A stretch of 64,000 nt of DNA from IMG/VR virus record IMGVR_UViG_3300025141_000030. The stretch is one strand, 5' to 3'. The translations under genes and the position numbers were made by a program. The notes under the pieces were generated by a model, which saw only the letters and a program-made list of their open reading frames with translations, was not told the origin of the DNA and did no database searches. Within the stretch, counting starts at the first letter, position 1. Every line of letters starts with the position of its first letter. Positions 29,389 to 39,978 of this stretch are shown here, piece after piece. The DNA comes from a virus.

Positions 29389-29416
29389 TGTACACATGAT
29401 TGTTTTAGGATAATAT
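29389..29416 (+). promoter_or_regulatory. TGTACA-N16-TAATAT promoter-like motif
   Basis: Same bipartite motif, upstream of the 29435-exonuclease-groEL run. Confidence 0.55.
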
Positions 29417-29434
29417 AGAGGTATGGAGTGAGTC

Positions 29435-29926
29435 ATGGTTAAATATGAAGTAGGGCAGGTTCTATTTATTCTGGCTGGTGCAAGTCGGGGTGTTGTTCCG
29501 GTCCGTATCTGTGAGGAGATTAAGAGAAAATCCCTTACTGAAACGACTACTGATTATCTTGTAAATTTTCCTGGCCGAGAAGAACCGGTAAATTTAAAGC
29601 AGGCCGACAAGCACGTGTTTGTTAGCGAACTCGAAGCCAAGAAATACATGATGAATAATGCTGAGTTGGCCGTTGATAACTTATTAAAGAAGGCCGTTGT
29701 TGTCGCTAAGAAGACTTTTGACTATAGTCGCAATGTGGCCGAGCCATCGCCACCATCCCCTAAGGAAAATACCGCACCAGACTTGATGGAGAGTATAATG
29801 ACAGGCGAGGAGGACGCAACCCCGGCCGAAATAGAGGTCAATGGTACCGAGATGCTTCTCGAGGACGGCGTGACCGCAAGGATTCACCTCCCGCCAGAGT
29901 TTCAGGACCTTATAGGGTCGGGCTGA
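29435..29926 (+). CDS. hypothetical protein
   Basis: YEVGQVLF N-terminus; GGAG RBS. Confidence 0.6.
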   Translation: MVKYEVGQVLFILAGASRGVVPVRICEEIKRKSLTETTTDYLVNFPGREEPVNLKQADKHVFVSELEAKKYMMNNAELAVDNLLKKAVVVAKKTFDYSRNVAEPSPPSPKENTAPDLMESIMTGEEDATPAEIEVNGTEMLLEDGVTARIHLPPEFQDLIGSG

Positions 29927-29931
29927 CAGGC

Positions 29932-30738
29932 ATGAGGGTTTTAATTCTTGACGGCTATAACCTTCTTCATCGTGCCTACCACGGAAATCGATTTGGCCAG
30001 TTCCATACAGTCTTTAATTTCTTTAGGTCTTTACGACCAGTAGTCGAGAAGTTTAATCCGGATCGCGCATACTTCGTTCTTGAGGGCTACCCCGTAGGGA
30101 ATGTCCAGGCGCTGCCTAGCTATAAGGCTAATAGGGGTACAGCATCCGATATATTTAATGAACATAAACACGTATGTCTCAGTTTGCTTACAACGCACTT
30201 TCCTATTGAAGTGGTAAGGCATCCTAATTTTGAGGCCGACGATGTCGTCGGCGCGCTCGTAAGGCATTGGCACCCCGGCGATGATGTTACGGTGGTGTCT
30301 AGTGACACTGATTTTATTCAGCTTCTTAATGAGTTTAGCTCAGTTCAGCTTTATGATCCGATTCGAAAGAAATTTGCGGAGACACCTGACTATGATTATG
30401 TTATGTGGAAGGCGCTCCGTGGCGACTCGGCCGATTCAATTCCAGGTATTCCTGGCGTTGGAGACAAGACAGCAACAAAGATGATCCATGATCCTACATT
30501 AATGGAGTCGAAACTGTCTAAGGATGATAATCGCCAGGTTTTTGAAAGAAATTTGAAATTAATTAAGTTCGATACGCTCGATGGTGAGATGGAGAGCCTG
30601 GAAGTCTCTGCACCCTCTGAGTCGTGGGAAGATGTTAGGTCAGTTTTTGCGGAATTTGAGTTCAATTCAATTGTCAATGACAAGAGCTGGAATAAGTTTA
30701 CAGAGACTTTTGAAAATCTTTGGACCGAGCTTAGTTAA
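29932..30738 (+). CDS. 5'-3' exonuclease (PolI N-terminal / T4 RNase H-like)
   Basis: ILDGYNLLHR, YKANR, EADD, SSDTDFIQ, GDSADSIPGIPGVGDKTA (H3TH). Confidence 0.92.
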   Translation: MRVLILDGYNLLHRAYHGNRFGQFHTVFNFFRSLRPVVEKFNPDRAYFVLEGYPVGNVQALPSYKANRGTASDIFNEHKHVCLSLLTTHFPIEVVRHPNFEADDVVGALVRHWHPGDDVTVVSSDTDFIQLLNEFSSVQLYDPIRKKFAETPDYDYVMWKALRGDSADSIPGIPGVGDKTATKMIHDPTLMESKLSKDDNRQVFERNLKLIKFDTLDGEMESLEVSAPSESWEDVRSVFAEFEFNSIVNDKSWNKFTETFENLWTELS

Positions 30739-30768
30739 CAGCTCATCGTTTTCTATTAAAATTAGATT

Positions 30769-30966
30769 ATGATTATCAAAAATAAAAACGACCTATCTAA
30801 CAATGATATTGCCACACTTCGAGAGAACGGCCTCCTCATGCAAAATGAGACGGCCATTGTTGAAGGTGATCTTCTTGTTGCCGTGAATGTTGTAACACAG
30901 CGTCGTCGTGTCCTGGTGGTGGACGGCTTGATTCTAGAATGCAAGCGAACGCTGCTTAGGGACTAA
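30769..30966 (+). CDS. hypothetical protein
   Basis: Small ORF abutting groEL. Confidence 0.55.
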   Translation: MIIKNKNDLSNNDIATLRENGLLMQNETAIVEGDLLVAVNVVTQRRRVLVVDGLILECKRTLLRD

Positions 30967-32571
<1,605 letters not shown>

Positions 32572-32577
32572 TACTTA
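32572..32577 (+). promoter_or_regulatory. TANTTA putative late-promoter motif
   Basis: TACTTA immediately after groEL, upstream of ATG 32601. Confidence 0.4.
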
Positions 32578-32600
32578 TATGGAGTAATTCGGTGGGTTAA

Positions 32601-32870
32601 ATGTCAGTATTAAGAAATTTTATCTTTAGAACTATTAATGAGGCCGCTAAGGTGGAGGTGAAGGCGAAGTCTGCCTCGTTGACCGGCCTACAATCAGATT
32701 TAGAAGTTGCGCTGCCTAATCTAAAGGCGCGAGGCTATATTCAGTCTCACGGTAAAATTAAGAATGTTTCGCCTGGTAAGTCCAGGGTTAGTGTAAAGTA
32801 CACAGGATCTAAGGGCACTCTTGTCGACAATATCATTAATTTTTATGGTCAGTTTATAAAGGTTACATAG
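32601..32870 (+). CDS. hypothetical protein, leader-like N-terminus
   Basis: MSVLRNFIFRTINE. Confidence 0.55.
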   Translation: MSVLRNFIFRTINEAAKVEVKAKSASLTGLQSDLEVALPNLKARGYIQSHGKIKNVSPGKSRVSVKYTGSKGTLVDNIINFYGQFIKVT

Positions 32871-32871
32871 A

Positions 32872-33489
32872 GTGAGCCTCCGCGATGTAGTACTGCTGGT
32901 CTTAGAGGAATACAGCGCATCTCCTGTTAATTTTAACGTTGATGCTGATGCTGGCCTTGACGATGTCGGTGAGCCCAATATCGATATAAGGATTCGAATC
33001 GATGGCGATTTTGATCGTGATGCCCTCGAGGCAGAGCTTTATGAGACGATTGTCCATGAGATGACACACCTCGGCCAGGACAGCCTGGAAAAAGTTGGGC
33101 AGTCTTGTGGCCTAGATTATTTTGCCTGCTTTACCGAGAGTGAGGCATTCGCCTCAGGTCTCCTGGCCCGGGCCGTCCGGGCACATAGGAGCTTACCGGA
33201 TGTGATTGATGACTACCTTCAAGCTCAGGTTACAGCCGACAGATTAAATGCTGAAAATGTGGCTACAGTTAAAGACACATGGCTGAAACAGGCTTCACGA
33301 TTAGTACCTGAAATTGAACGTGAGAAACAAGTGTATGCGGCCCATGCCGTTCCAGAAATTTTAAAAACTATTGATGCTAATGCCTCCACGACAGAGCCAC
33401 TCGTGTATCATGGATATCCTTATATCGCCGATGTTGATGAAACAGATATTTTTACTATTGCATATGCTGTGAACTATTCTGCCAGTTAA
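32872..33489 (+). CDS. HEXXH zinc-metallopeptidase-like protein, leader-like N-terminus
   Basis: IVHEMTHLGQ followed by ESEAF; MSLRDVVLLVLEE. Confidence 0.6.
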   Translation: MSLRDVVLLVLEEYSASPVNFNVDADAGLDDVGEPNIDIRIRIDGDFDRDALEAELYETIVHEMTHLGQDSLEKVGQSCGLDYFACFTESEAFASGLLARAVRAHRSLPDVIDDYLQAQVTADRLNAENVATVKDTWLKQASRLVPEIEREKQVYAAHAVPEILKTIDANASTTEPLVYHGYPYIADVDETDIFTIAYAVNYSAS

Positions 33490-33535
33490 CAAATTCTTCT
33501 TTTCTCCATATTTATAATCAGTAGGAGGAATTATA

Positions 33536-33727
33536 GTGAGGTGGTGGCCCATAGCGCCCATTACTCCCACCAAGCGCCCAGGTAATGAGCGCCAGCAAAT
33601 TCCTTTGCCTATTCCCGGTCCGTACATAGAGCCACGACGTGACCCAATACACGATGAGGTATACGATCAAAAAAGTGAACGGGAATCGGAGGTGCCTAAG
33701 CGAGGCGTCATAATCATAGACATGTAG
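33536..33727 (+). CDS. small Pro-rich hypothetical protein
   Basis: AGGAGG RBS; TATTTA at 33509; ends RGVIIIDM. Confidence 0.55.
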   Translation: MRWWPIAPITPTKRPGNERQQIPLPIPGPYIEPRRDPIHDEVYDQKSERESEVPKRGVIIIDM

Positions 33728-33733
33728 GAAATA

Positions 33734-34093
33734 ATGACAGATCAGGCTGCTTTAAAGGCACGGATTGATCGCTTAAGTCAATTTAATTTAGGCGTATCAC
33801 TTACAATTTTATTACTCTTAAACGTTATAGATGCATTTTTTACAATTATTTTTGTAGACGCTCTCGGCCTTCAGGAGGCTAATCCAATCGTGGCCCCACT
33901 TTTTTTATGGGGTCCGATGACATTCTTAGTGTGGAAGTTAGCAACGGTGGCTTTTTGTTGCGTAATTATTTATGCTTCTTGGATAAAAAATCGCAAAGAG
34001 TGGGTACAGAAATTTGTTAATATTTTACTGATTATATATGGCATTTTAGTGTTAACACACGCTGGGGTATTCATTAAAATTTTATTATCGTGA
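33734..34093 (+). CDS. DUF5658-like membrane protein
   Basis: LNVIDAFFT...GLQEANP...K motif with TM helices. Confidence 0.65.
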   Translation: MTDQAALKARIDRLSQFNLGVSLTILLLLNVIDAFFTIIFVDALGLQEANPIVAPLFLWGPMTFLVWKLATVAFCCVIIYASWIKNRKEWVQKFVNILLIIYGILVLTHAGVFIKILLS

Positions 34094-34230
34094 TATATTT
34101 GAATGATGTTTGCCAGTTTCTTTTAATTGTATTGTTGGGGCATTTTGCACCATCACCGAAAGGCTAGCGTTAATTTTTCGGGAGTCTATCCAATTTTCGA
34201 TCGAATATTTTTTACACACGAGGATTATGC

Positions 34231-34392
34231 ATGAAAAGAATTCTTAGAATAGTTTATCTTGCTTCTGCTATTATGGGAGTGCTTGGCGGTATTCTTGCAA
34301 TTTTAACGGACGACACATCAGAGTTTTTTGCCTGGTTTACGGCGGTGGCCATGGCCGGTGCAGGTTTTATTCGTGAGACAGATGAAGAATAA
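34231..34392 (+). CDS. small two-TM membrane protein (53 aa)
   Basis: GAGGA RBS; MKRILRIVYLASAIMGVLGGILAIL...FFAWFTAVAMAGAGFIRETDEE. Confidence 0.5.
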   Translation: MKRILRIVYLASAIMGVLGGILAILTDDTSEFFAWFTAVAMAGAGFIRETDEE

Positions 34393-34464
34393 AATGGTGT
34401 ACATACCGTGCTCTAATGATTATTATTAGCTTATAATTGATGTCGTGTTAGGAGACGGTCAAAA

Positions 34465-34644
34465 ATGGATAATGAATCAATAAAAATGTTAGCTGAGCTT
34501 AGGAAGCACGTTGTGCAACGTTATGAAAAGCTTGACAAAGAGAATCCTGCAGCAGTTATGAAGGAAAATGATTGTGCGCTTGAGCTTGAGACTGTTATTA
34601 AGAGTCTCGATGATTTGATGCGACCTTACGTTAAGTTCGTGTAA
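34465..34644 (+). CDS. small hypothetical protein (59 aa)
   Basis: AGGAG RBS; MDNESIKMLAELRKHVV...RPYVKFV; TGTACA-N17-TATTAT at 34398-34426. Confidence 0.55.
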   Translation: MDNESIKMLAELRKHVVQRYEKLDKENPAAVMKENDCALELETVIKSLDDLMRPYVKFV

Positions 34645-34676
34645 TGTAGCTGCCCACATGTTATTATCAATATAAC

Positions 34677-34874
34677 ATGCTGGCCTTTAGAGTTTTACTA
34701 TGTTTTTTGTTCCCACCCTTTGCCATAGCTGACAAGGGGTGCGGGACATCTTTAATTGTTATTTTTATGACATTTGCCTGCTGGCCTATTGCGGTGATTA
34801 TTGCATTTACCGTTTGCATGTCTGAAGAGATTAAAGGCTTTCTTGATGAAAGTCGCGCGTGTAACGTGAAATGA
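34677..34874 (+). CDS. YqaE/Pmp3 (UPF0057) family membrane protein
   Basis: RVLLCFLFPPFAIADKGCG...WP pattern. Confidence 0.7.
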   Translation: MLAFRVLLCFLFPPFAIADKGCGTSLIVIFMTFACWPIAVIIAFTVCMSEEIKGFLDESRACNVK

Positions 34875-34887
34875 CAAATGGTATATT
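34860..34887 (+). promoter_or_regulatory. TGTAAC-N16-TATATT promoter-like motif upstream of the sigma gene
   Basis: Same bipartite motif with extended -10 TG. Confidence 0.55.
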
Positions 34888-34906
34888 ATATCAGTAAGGA
34901 GAAAAA

Positions 34907-35689
34907 ATGGCATCTACACTACAGCCTTATTTTAAGGAACTGTCTAAAAACAAGCTTTTAACCAAGGAGCAGGAGATTGAACTGTCGAAAAAGATCGAGA
35001 TAGGAGATTCTTTTTCGAGGAATAAGATGATTGAGTCGAATCTTCGACTAGTCATTTCAATTGCTAAAAAGTACCAAAACCGCGGTGCGTCCCTCGAGGA
35101 CTTAATTCAGGAGGGTAATATCGGCCTGATGAAAGCAGTCGACAAGTTTGACTGGCGTCGAGGGTGCAGGTTTAGCACTTACGGCTGTTGGTGGATCCGA
35201 CAGTCTATTACTCGACACCTGGAGGATGTTGGCAGGACCATTCGTGTGCCAGGGCACGTTACAGGACTATACATCAAGATTAAGCGCCTGACCGAGGAGT
35301 ATGAGGACGAGTTTGGACACAAGCCTACGAATCCCGAAATTGCCGAAATTTTAGGTGTGACCGAGAGTCAGGTTGACAATGTGATGAAGACTAATGTCTG
35401 CACTGTGTCGATCGATGCTGTCTTTCCAAATAGCGAGGACGCTTCCAATGATATGCACAGGCGACTTCACGATGACAGCGCCCCTATGCCGGACGAGATC
35501 CTTGAGCAGGAGCAGTTGCTAGATCAGGTCAGGGGTGTGCTACACACTTTGGACAGCAAGGAAGAGAAGATTATCAGGCTTCGTTTTGGCATTGCCGAAG
35601 AATTAACTTCCGATTCCCCAGAATTTGCGATTACTAAAGATGAAATGCGCCGTATCTTAAATAGTGCCGCGGCACCCGTGGAGAAATAA
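34907..35689 (+). CDS. sigma70-family RNA polymerase sigma factor (regions 1.2-4.1; region 4.2 absent)
   Basis: [62 protein letters not shown]; no TLxE(V/I)G...TRERIRQ after it. Confidence 0.9.
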   Translation: MASTLQPYFKELSKNKLLTKEQEIELSKKIEIGDSFSRNKMIESNLRLVISIAKKYQNRGASLEDLIQEGNIGLMKAVDKFDWRRGCRFSTYGCWWIRQSITRHLEDVGRTIRVPGHVTGLYIKIKRLTEEYEDEFGHKPTNPEIAEILGVTESQVDNVMKTNVCTVSIDAVFPNSEDASNDMHRRLHDDSAPMPDEILEQEQLLDQVRGVLHTLDSKEEKIIRLRFGIAEELTSDSPEFAITKDEMRRILNSAAAPVEK

Positions 35690-35691
35690 AA

Positions 35692-36183
35692 ATGAGTGAT
35701 ACAATAATTTCTGAGCTAACGCCACCCAAGAGCTTTGCCTACTATAATGGACGAATTATTAGGGGAAGATATCCCGATACCGCAGCTGTTAAGTTTATTA
35801 CTAAGCTGGGTGTGAGGAAATTCGTTAGCTTAGGTGTCGGTTTTCCTGGTATTCCTGAGCGTAACCTTGGTAAGGTCAATAAAATTGAGCTGACCCACTA
35901 TCCTATGTCAATTGGTGATTATGCTGAAACTGGCCCTCACGTTGAGAAGCAGCTTACTGATGTCATTAATTACATTCTGGTAAAGAACTCTGGTTCGAAG
36001 ATTTATATCTACGACGATGATGGCTTTACCATGGTCGGTGTTGTCTGCGCAATTCTTAGAAGGATTGAGGGCTGGGATACAATGTCGGCCATCGCTGAGT
36101 GTGCCAGATTTTTTCCAGGGGGCAATTTCGATATTGATACTGCCCGAATGATTACAAATTTTGATATCGCCGAGTGGCGTTAA
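35692..36183 (+). CDS. tyrosine/dual-specificity phosphatase-fold protein (Siw14-like) with degenerate active site
   Basis: RGxYP, LGVRKFVSL, ...GVVCAILRRIEGW..E..RF; YDDDGFTMVG stands where HCxxGxxRTG is expected. Confidence 0.6.
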   Translation: MSDTIISELTPPKSFAYYNGRIIRGRYPDTAAVKFITKLGVRKFVSLGVGFPGIPERNLGKVNKIELTHYPMSIGDYAETGPHVEKQLTDVINYILVKNSGSKIYIYDDDGFTMVGVVCAILRRIEGWDTMSAIAECARFFPGGNFDIDTARMITNFDIAEWR

Positions 36184-36204
36184 ATTAAGGAAGTTAATAT
36201 TTAT

Positions 36205-36486
36205 ATGAGTATGCCAAAAGGATATGTTGTTGAAGGTGGATATGCCACCGTGTCTAAGGAGTACCAGGGCCATGATTATCGAACCATTTCAGAGATCATG
36301 TCAGCTGACGGATATAAAATGAACCATGCCACAGCCAGGAATAAGTTCCTGCAGGTGATGGCGAAGTTTGCCAAGAAGATCTGCGATGAGAATGGCATTG
36401 ACGGCGACCCCAGCGCAATTGCTAGAAACCCCCAGTTTCAGGCGGGAATCTGCGAGATTATGCAGGGTCTGGATGTCAATAGGTAG
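36205..36486 (+). CDS. small HTH protein resembling sigma region 4.2
   Basis: GHDYRTISEIM...MNHATARNKFLQVMAKF resembles GxSYxEIAxxLGxSxxTVRxxxxRALxKL. Confidence 0.55.
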   Translation: MSMPKGYVVEGGYATVSKEYQGHDYRTISEIMSADGYKMNHATARNKFLQVMAKFAKKICDENGIDGDPSAIARNPQFQAGICEIMQGLDVNR

Positions 36487-36491
36487 GAAAA

Positions 36492-36851
36492 TTGGAAATA
36501 GACTCCATTGCGCTTGAAGAAGTTTTTAATGAAATTGATTCGATAGGCATCAATGCGCACTTTTATGCTGCGCTGGAGGATCCTGATGAGGCTGCCAAGA
36601 TTATCCTGGACGCTTTAACACAGATAGTTAATATTCATATTTATGCATCATATGATCCAAGTTTTGAAGTTGGCGATAGCGAAAATTTTTATGAGATTAT
36701 TCACTTAAACATGACCAACGAGTTAGGTGATAATACTTTGGAGGCGCTACACAGCTGGATTGATGATGTCGTAATGAACTTGGCTGTGGGCGCGCTATGT
36801 TTGGATAGGTTTGTCGAGGGTCGCAATGAAGACAGGATGTTAGATGAGTAA
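36492..36851 (+). CDS. hypothetical protein
   Basis: ORF in operon. Confidence 0.5.
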   Translation: MEIDSIALEEVFNEIDSIGINAHFYAALEDPDEAAKIILDALTQIVNIHIYASYDPSFEVGDSENFYEIIHLNMTNELGDNTLEALHSWIDDVVMNLAVGALCLDRFVEGRNEDRMLDE

Positions 36852-37044
36852 GCACAGGCATCATTATCATCATCATGATAAATTTGATGTGGATATTATT
36901 CGTCGACCTAGTCGTGAGAACAAGAGGTCGATGATTAGCGGCGATAAATTCCCCAACCCCCAGGCGGTGGCCACTATGAATGACATACCCCTCGAGGCGC
37001 TGTTTAATTTTGACGACCTAAGAGTCGAGGAGGAAGAATGTTAA
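36844..37044 (+). CDS. hypothetical protein with His-rich N-terminus
   Basis: MSKHRHHYHHHD. Confidence 0.45.
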   Translation: MSKHRHHYHHHDKFDVDIIRRPSRENKRSMISGDKFPNPQAVATMNDIPLEALFNFDDLRVEEEEC

Positions 37045-37481
37045 GTTGGAATTATTTTTGTCGAAGAAAGCGATTGAACGTAGATGCGTGGCTTGATGCG
37101 AACGGGCTGACCACCTACGCCGCGCTTCGTAAGCATCTCCTCGGCCTTGGTGTGGAACCTCCGTCGTTTGAAGATTCACCTGTCCAGAACGAAGCGCCCC
37201 CACCAGTTGTTAAAAAGTACGACCCGCGCCTAGACCCTGGTCTTCTGCGTCCTGATCCCCTCCCGTCTCGAAAGCCTCCTGAGGTGCCCGTGAGCCCTCC
37301 GACCCCAGATCCCCTCCCAGCTGCTAAACTTAAGGCGACTTCGCCTAAGCCTAAAAAGCCTAAGTCTGCGGTTAAGAAAACTGCAACTAGCGTTTCAAAA
37401 ACTAAAAAAACAAGCGCTAAGCGATCAACGGCCGCCAAGAAGGCGACGGGCACCAGTGCGACTACTAAGAAGACATCTTGA
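37038..37481 (+). CDS. hypothetical protein with Pro-rich linker and Lys/Ala/Thr-rich (histone H1-like) tail
   Basis: PKPKKPKSAVKKTATSVSKTKKTSAKRSTAAKK. Confidence 0.55.
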   Translation: MLSWNYFCRRKRLNVDAWLDANGLTTYAALRKHLLGLGVEPPSFEDSPVQNEAPPPVVKKYDPRLDPGLLRPDPLPSRKPPEVPVSPPTPDPLPAAKLKATSPKPKKPKSAVKKTATSVSKTKKTSAKRSTAAKKATGTSATTKKTS

Positions 37482-37662
37482 TGAAGTAGGCATGACCTAT
37501 GTCACGCACCTGCTGGGAGCGCTTAGGTTTTCTGTTTTGTCTGCCACCGCTGCATGTCTGTTGCTGATTCACGCATTTTTCCCATTTCTTTTCGTTTCAA
37601 CCGGCTCGACAATAATTAAAAATATTAAAAACGAGATGGTTCACAATGACAGCAACACATGA
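37456..37662 (+). CDS. DUF6356-like small membrane protein
   Basis: HLxxVGMTYxxH...LLIHAFFPFLFxxTGS. Confidence 0.6.
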   Translation: MRLLRRHLDEVGMTYVTHLLGALRFSVLSATAACLLLIHAFFPFLFVSTGSTIIKNIKNEMVHNDSNT

Positions 37663-38488
37663 CACCTGCTCCATGGGTACACCTGTAGTCTTATTCGATG
37701 TTGATGGTACTCTGACCGAGCATCGTCGTGAGCTCAAGCCTCACGTCCTTAAGGCGCTCTTGGAGCTTTCCGAACTAGCCACCATTGGTTTGGTGACCGG
37801 CAGTCCCTTGTCACTTATTGAGGAGCAGATGACATCATTTTTTAGCGCGCAACATGCATCAGTCGCAGAAAATGTTGATATTTTTCCTTGCAATGGTACG
37901 CAGCATTTTTACTGGGAAGCCAGTGACTCTAAGTTTATTTGTTCGTCGAAGTGCTCTATGCGTTCTAAGCTTGGAGAATCACACTTCAGAAAGTTAATTT
38001 TAGTCACGCAAGAGCTTCAGCAGCACTTTATTGAGGATTTTGCACTTCCACTCGACATTCCAGTATGTGGAAATTTTGTGGATTATCGTGGGTCGTTGCT
38101 TAACTGGTGCCCTATCGGCAGAGCTGCAAACTTCGATGATCGAAAGAAGTTCATTGAGCATGATATGTCCTTAGCTATTAGGCAGCAGCTGATGAAAAAG
38201 TTTTTAGATTTAACGGCCGTCGTCCCCGGAATTGCAGTCAATTATGGGGGCCAGACTAGCTTTGACATCTTTCCAGTTGGGTGGGATAAAACTTTCTGCC
38301 TGGGAAGTTATGGGGACTCTGCTGTCTGGTTTGTAGGAGATCGATGTGAGCCAGGAGGTAATGACTATGAGATCTTCGAGGTGGTGAATAAGCACGGTCG
38401 CGCCTTTCAGACAAGCTCGCCTGCTGAGACTGTCAAGATAATAAAGAATATTTTGGTGCCACAAATCACAGATTTTCTTTTGAAGTGA
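37646..38488 (+). CDS. phosphomannomutase, eukaryote-type HAD-IIB
   Basis: LFDVDGTLT, RGSLLNWCPIGR, GGQTSFDIFPVGWDKTFCL, FVGDRCEPGGNDYEI. Confidence 0.85.
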   Translation: MTATHDTCSMGTPVVLFDVDGTLTEHRRELKPHVLKALLELSELATIGLVTGSPLSLIEEQMTSFFSAQHASVAENVDIFPCNGTQHFYWEASDSKFICSSKCSMRSKLGESHFRKLILVTQELQQHFIEDFALPLDIPVCGNFVDYRGSLLNWCPIGRAANFDDRKKFIEHDMSLAIRQQLMKKFLDLTAVVPGIAVNYGGQTSFDIFPVGWDKTFCLGSYGDSAVWFVGDRCEPGGNDYEIFEVVNKHGRAFQTSSPAETVKIIKNILVPQITDFLLK

Positions 38489-38513
38489 TGCGATTAATTC
38501 ATCCGATTACTGA

Positions 38514-38519
38514 TATTTA
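38514..38519 (+). promoter_or_regulatory. TANTTA putative late-promoter motif
   Basis: TATTTA in the short intergenic gap. Confidence 0.4.
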
Positions 38520-38529
38520 ATCTATACGG

Positions 38530-38907
38530 GTGGGCCCTACAATGAGACGAAATTTATTTGAGGAGAGACAGACAAAAGAGACTGAGCTTAAACTGATAGA
38601 GTTTGGCGTCACTTTGGAACTCTCCAAAAAGATTAATATTTCTAACGTCTTGACGGCGATTAGAATTGCCCAGGGTGTTGCAACTGCGACGCAGCTCGAC
38701 CCGGCTGTGAAGTCACCAGGTGGTCGCCGCGTTTTGCTCTTGAACATTCGCTATGTGCCGGATGTGGGTGTGCCTGTCGATCAGGTGCATGAGCTGGCCG
38801 ATACTCTCAAACTTAAGGGAATCTATTCTATACGAATTGACACTCGTGAAAATGCCCCCGTATTTAAAAAAGGTGGCAAGAAATTCGTTATATCAGGACC
38901 CGGCTAA
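38530..38907 (+). CDS. hypothetical protein
   Basis: ORF; LTAIRIAQGVAT motif. Confidence 0.55.
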   Translation: MGPTMRRNLFEERQTKETELKLIEFGVTLELSKKINISNVLTAIRIAQGVATATQLDPAVKSPGGRRVLLLNIRYVPDVGVPVDQVHELADTLKLKGIYSIRIDTRENAPVFKKGGKKFVISGPG

Positions 38908-39978
38908 ATGGAAATTACCCTCGACAGCCTACAGGTTCATGGCGAACTCGATCCCGAGCTGTGGGATAATTTTAAACTTAAGCCAGGAATAAGAAAGGCA
39001 CTGCTTCGAATAGCGGCCGAGTTTCTTATTTCACTTGGGACTGAGGTGGAGCTGAGTGACGTGACCGTCACGGGCAGTCTCGCTAATTTTAACTACACAC
39101 CTGCCAGCGATATCGACCTTCATATTATCTTTGACTACACGGCTATCGCTGAGGACGTCGACGTTGTCAAGGAGATGTTGGCTGCCAAGCGAACGCTGTG
39201 GAACCTTAAGCATGGCATAACTGTTAAGGAGCATGAGGTTGAAGTGTATCCCCAGGATTCTACCGAGCCTCATCACTCTACGGGTGTCTATAGCCTGATA
39301 AGGGATGACTGGGTCACCCGACCTCGTCCTAGCTCCCCGGCTGTTGACACGACAGCAGTATCCCAGAAAGCTCGAGCAGCAGCACGTTTTATTGACGACA
39401 TTCTCATGATGGATGATCGAATGATGTTTATCCCTATGATTAGAGAAAAGCTCACGACAATGAGAAAGTCAGGTTTGGATTCTGCTGGTGAATACTCGGT
39501 GGAAAATTTAGTGTTTAAAATCTTAAGGCGTCATGGCTACTTGGATAAGCTGGCCGAAGCAGAGCTTCACGATCGCGATGTTTCATTGTCTTTGGCACAG
39601 GAAGGAAATATAATGAAAGTATCAAAGTCTATCTTTGCAGAAATTTTAAGGGAGGAATTTGGAGAGCTGGAAAATCCGCGCCACCGCGGAGGCTCCCATG
39701 AGAGATCCCAGGCCGGCGACTTTGAGCCCCCTGATGACCTCCTCTTAGGCGGCGATGACGCTGATGAATGTGATGAGGGGTGTGGGTGTGGGCAACACGT
39801 TCCAGCGCACGACAACCACATGGTCTTGACCGCCTCAGAGGAGATTAACTCCCTGGCCTCAAAAATAGCTGATGCCTCTGCATCACGATCTGACTTGCCA
39901 GATTGGGTGGATTTTAAGCTTTCTAGTTCCCTGACTCACCTTCGCGATATTTACCTCTATTTGAAAGGAAGCGACTGA
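38908..39978 (+). CDS. Pol-beta superfamily nucleotidyltransferase fused to a leader-bearing C-terminal module
   Basis: TGSLANFNY..SDIDLH, VEVY, GEYSVENLVFK; internal AAGGA RBS + ATG 39613 MKVSKSIFAEILREE; terminal LPDWVDFKL motif. Confidence 0.75.
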   Translation: MEITLDSLQVHGELDPELWDNFKLKPGIRKALLRIAAEFLISLGTEVELSDVTVTGSLANFNYTPASDIDLHIIFDYTAIAEDVDVVKEMLAAKRTLWNLKHGITVKEHEVEVYPQDSTEPHHSTGVYSLIRDDWVTRPRPSSPAVDTTAVSQKARAAARFIDDILMMDDRMMFIPMIREKLTTMRKSGLDSAGEYSVENLVFKILRRHGYLDKLAEAELHDRDVSLSLAQEGNIMKVSKSIFAEILREEFGELENPRHRGGSHERSQAGDFEPPDDLLLGGDDADECDEGCGCGQHVPAHDNHMVLTASEEINSLASKIADASASRSDLPDWVDFKLSSSLTHLRDIYLYLKGSD

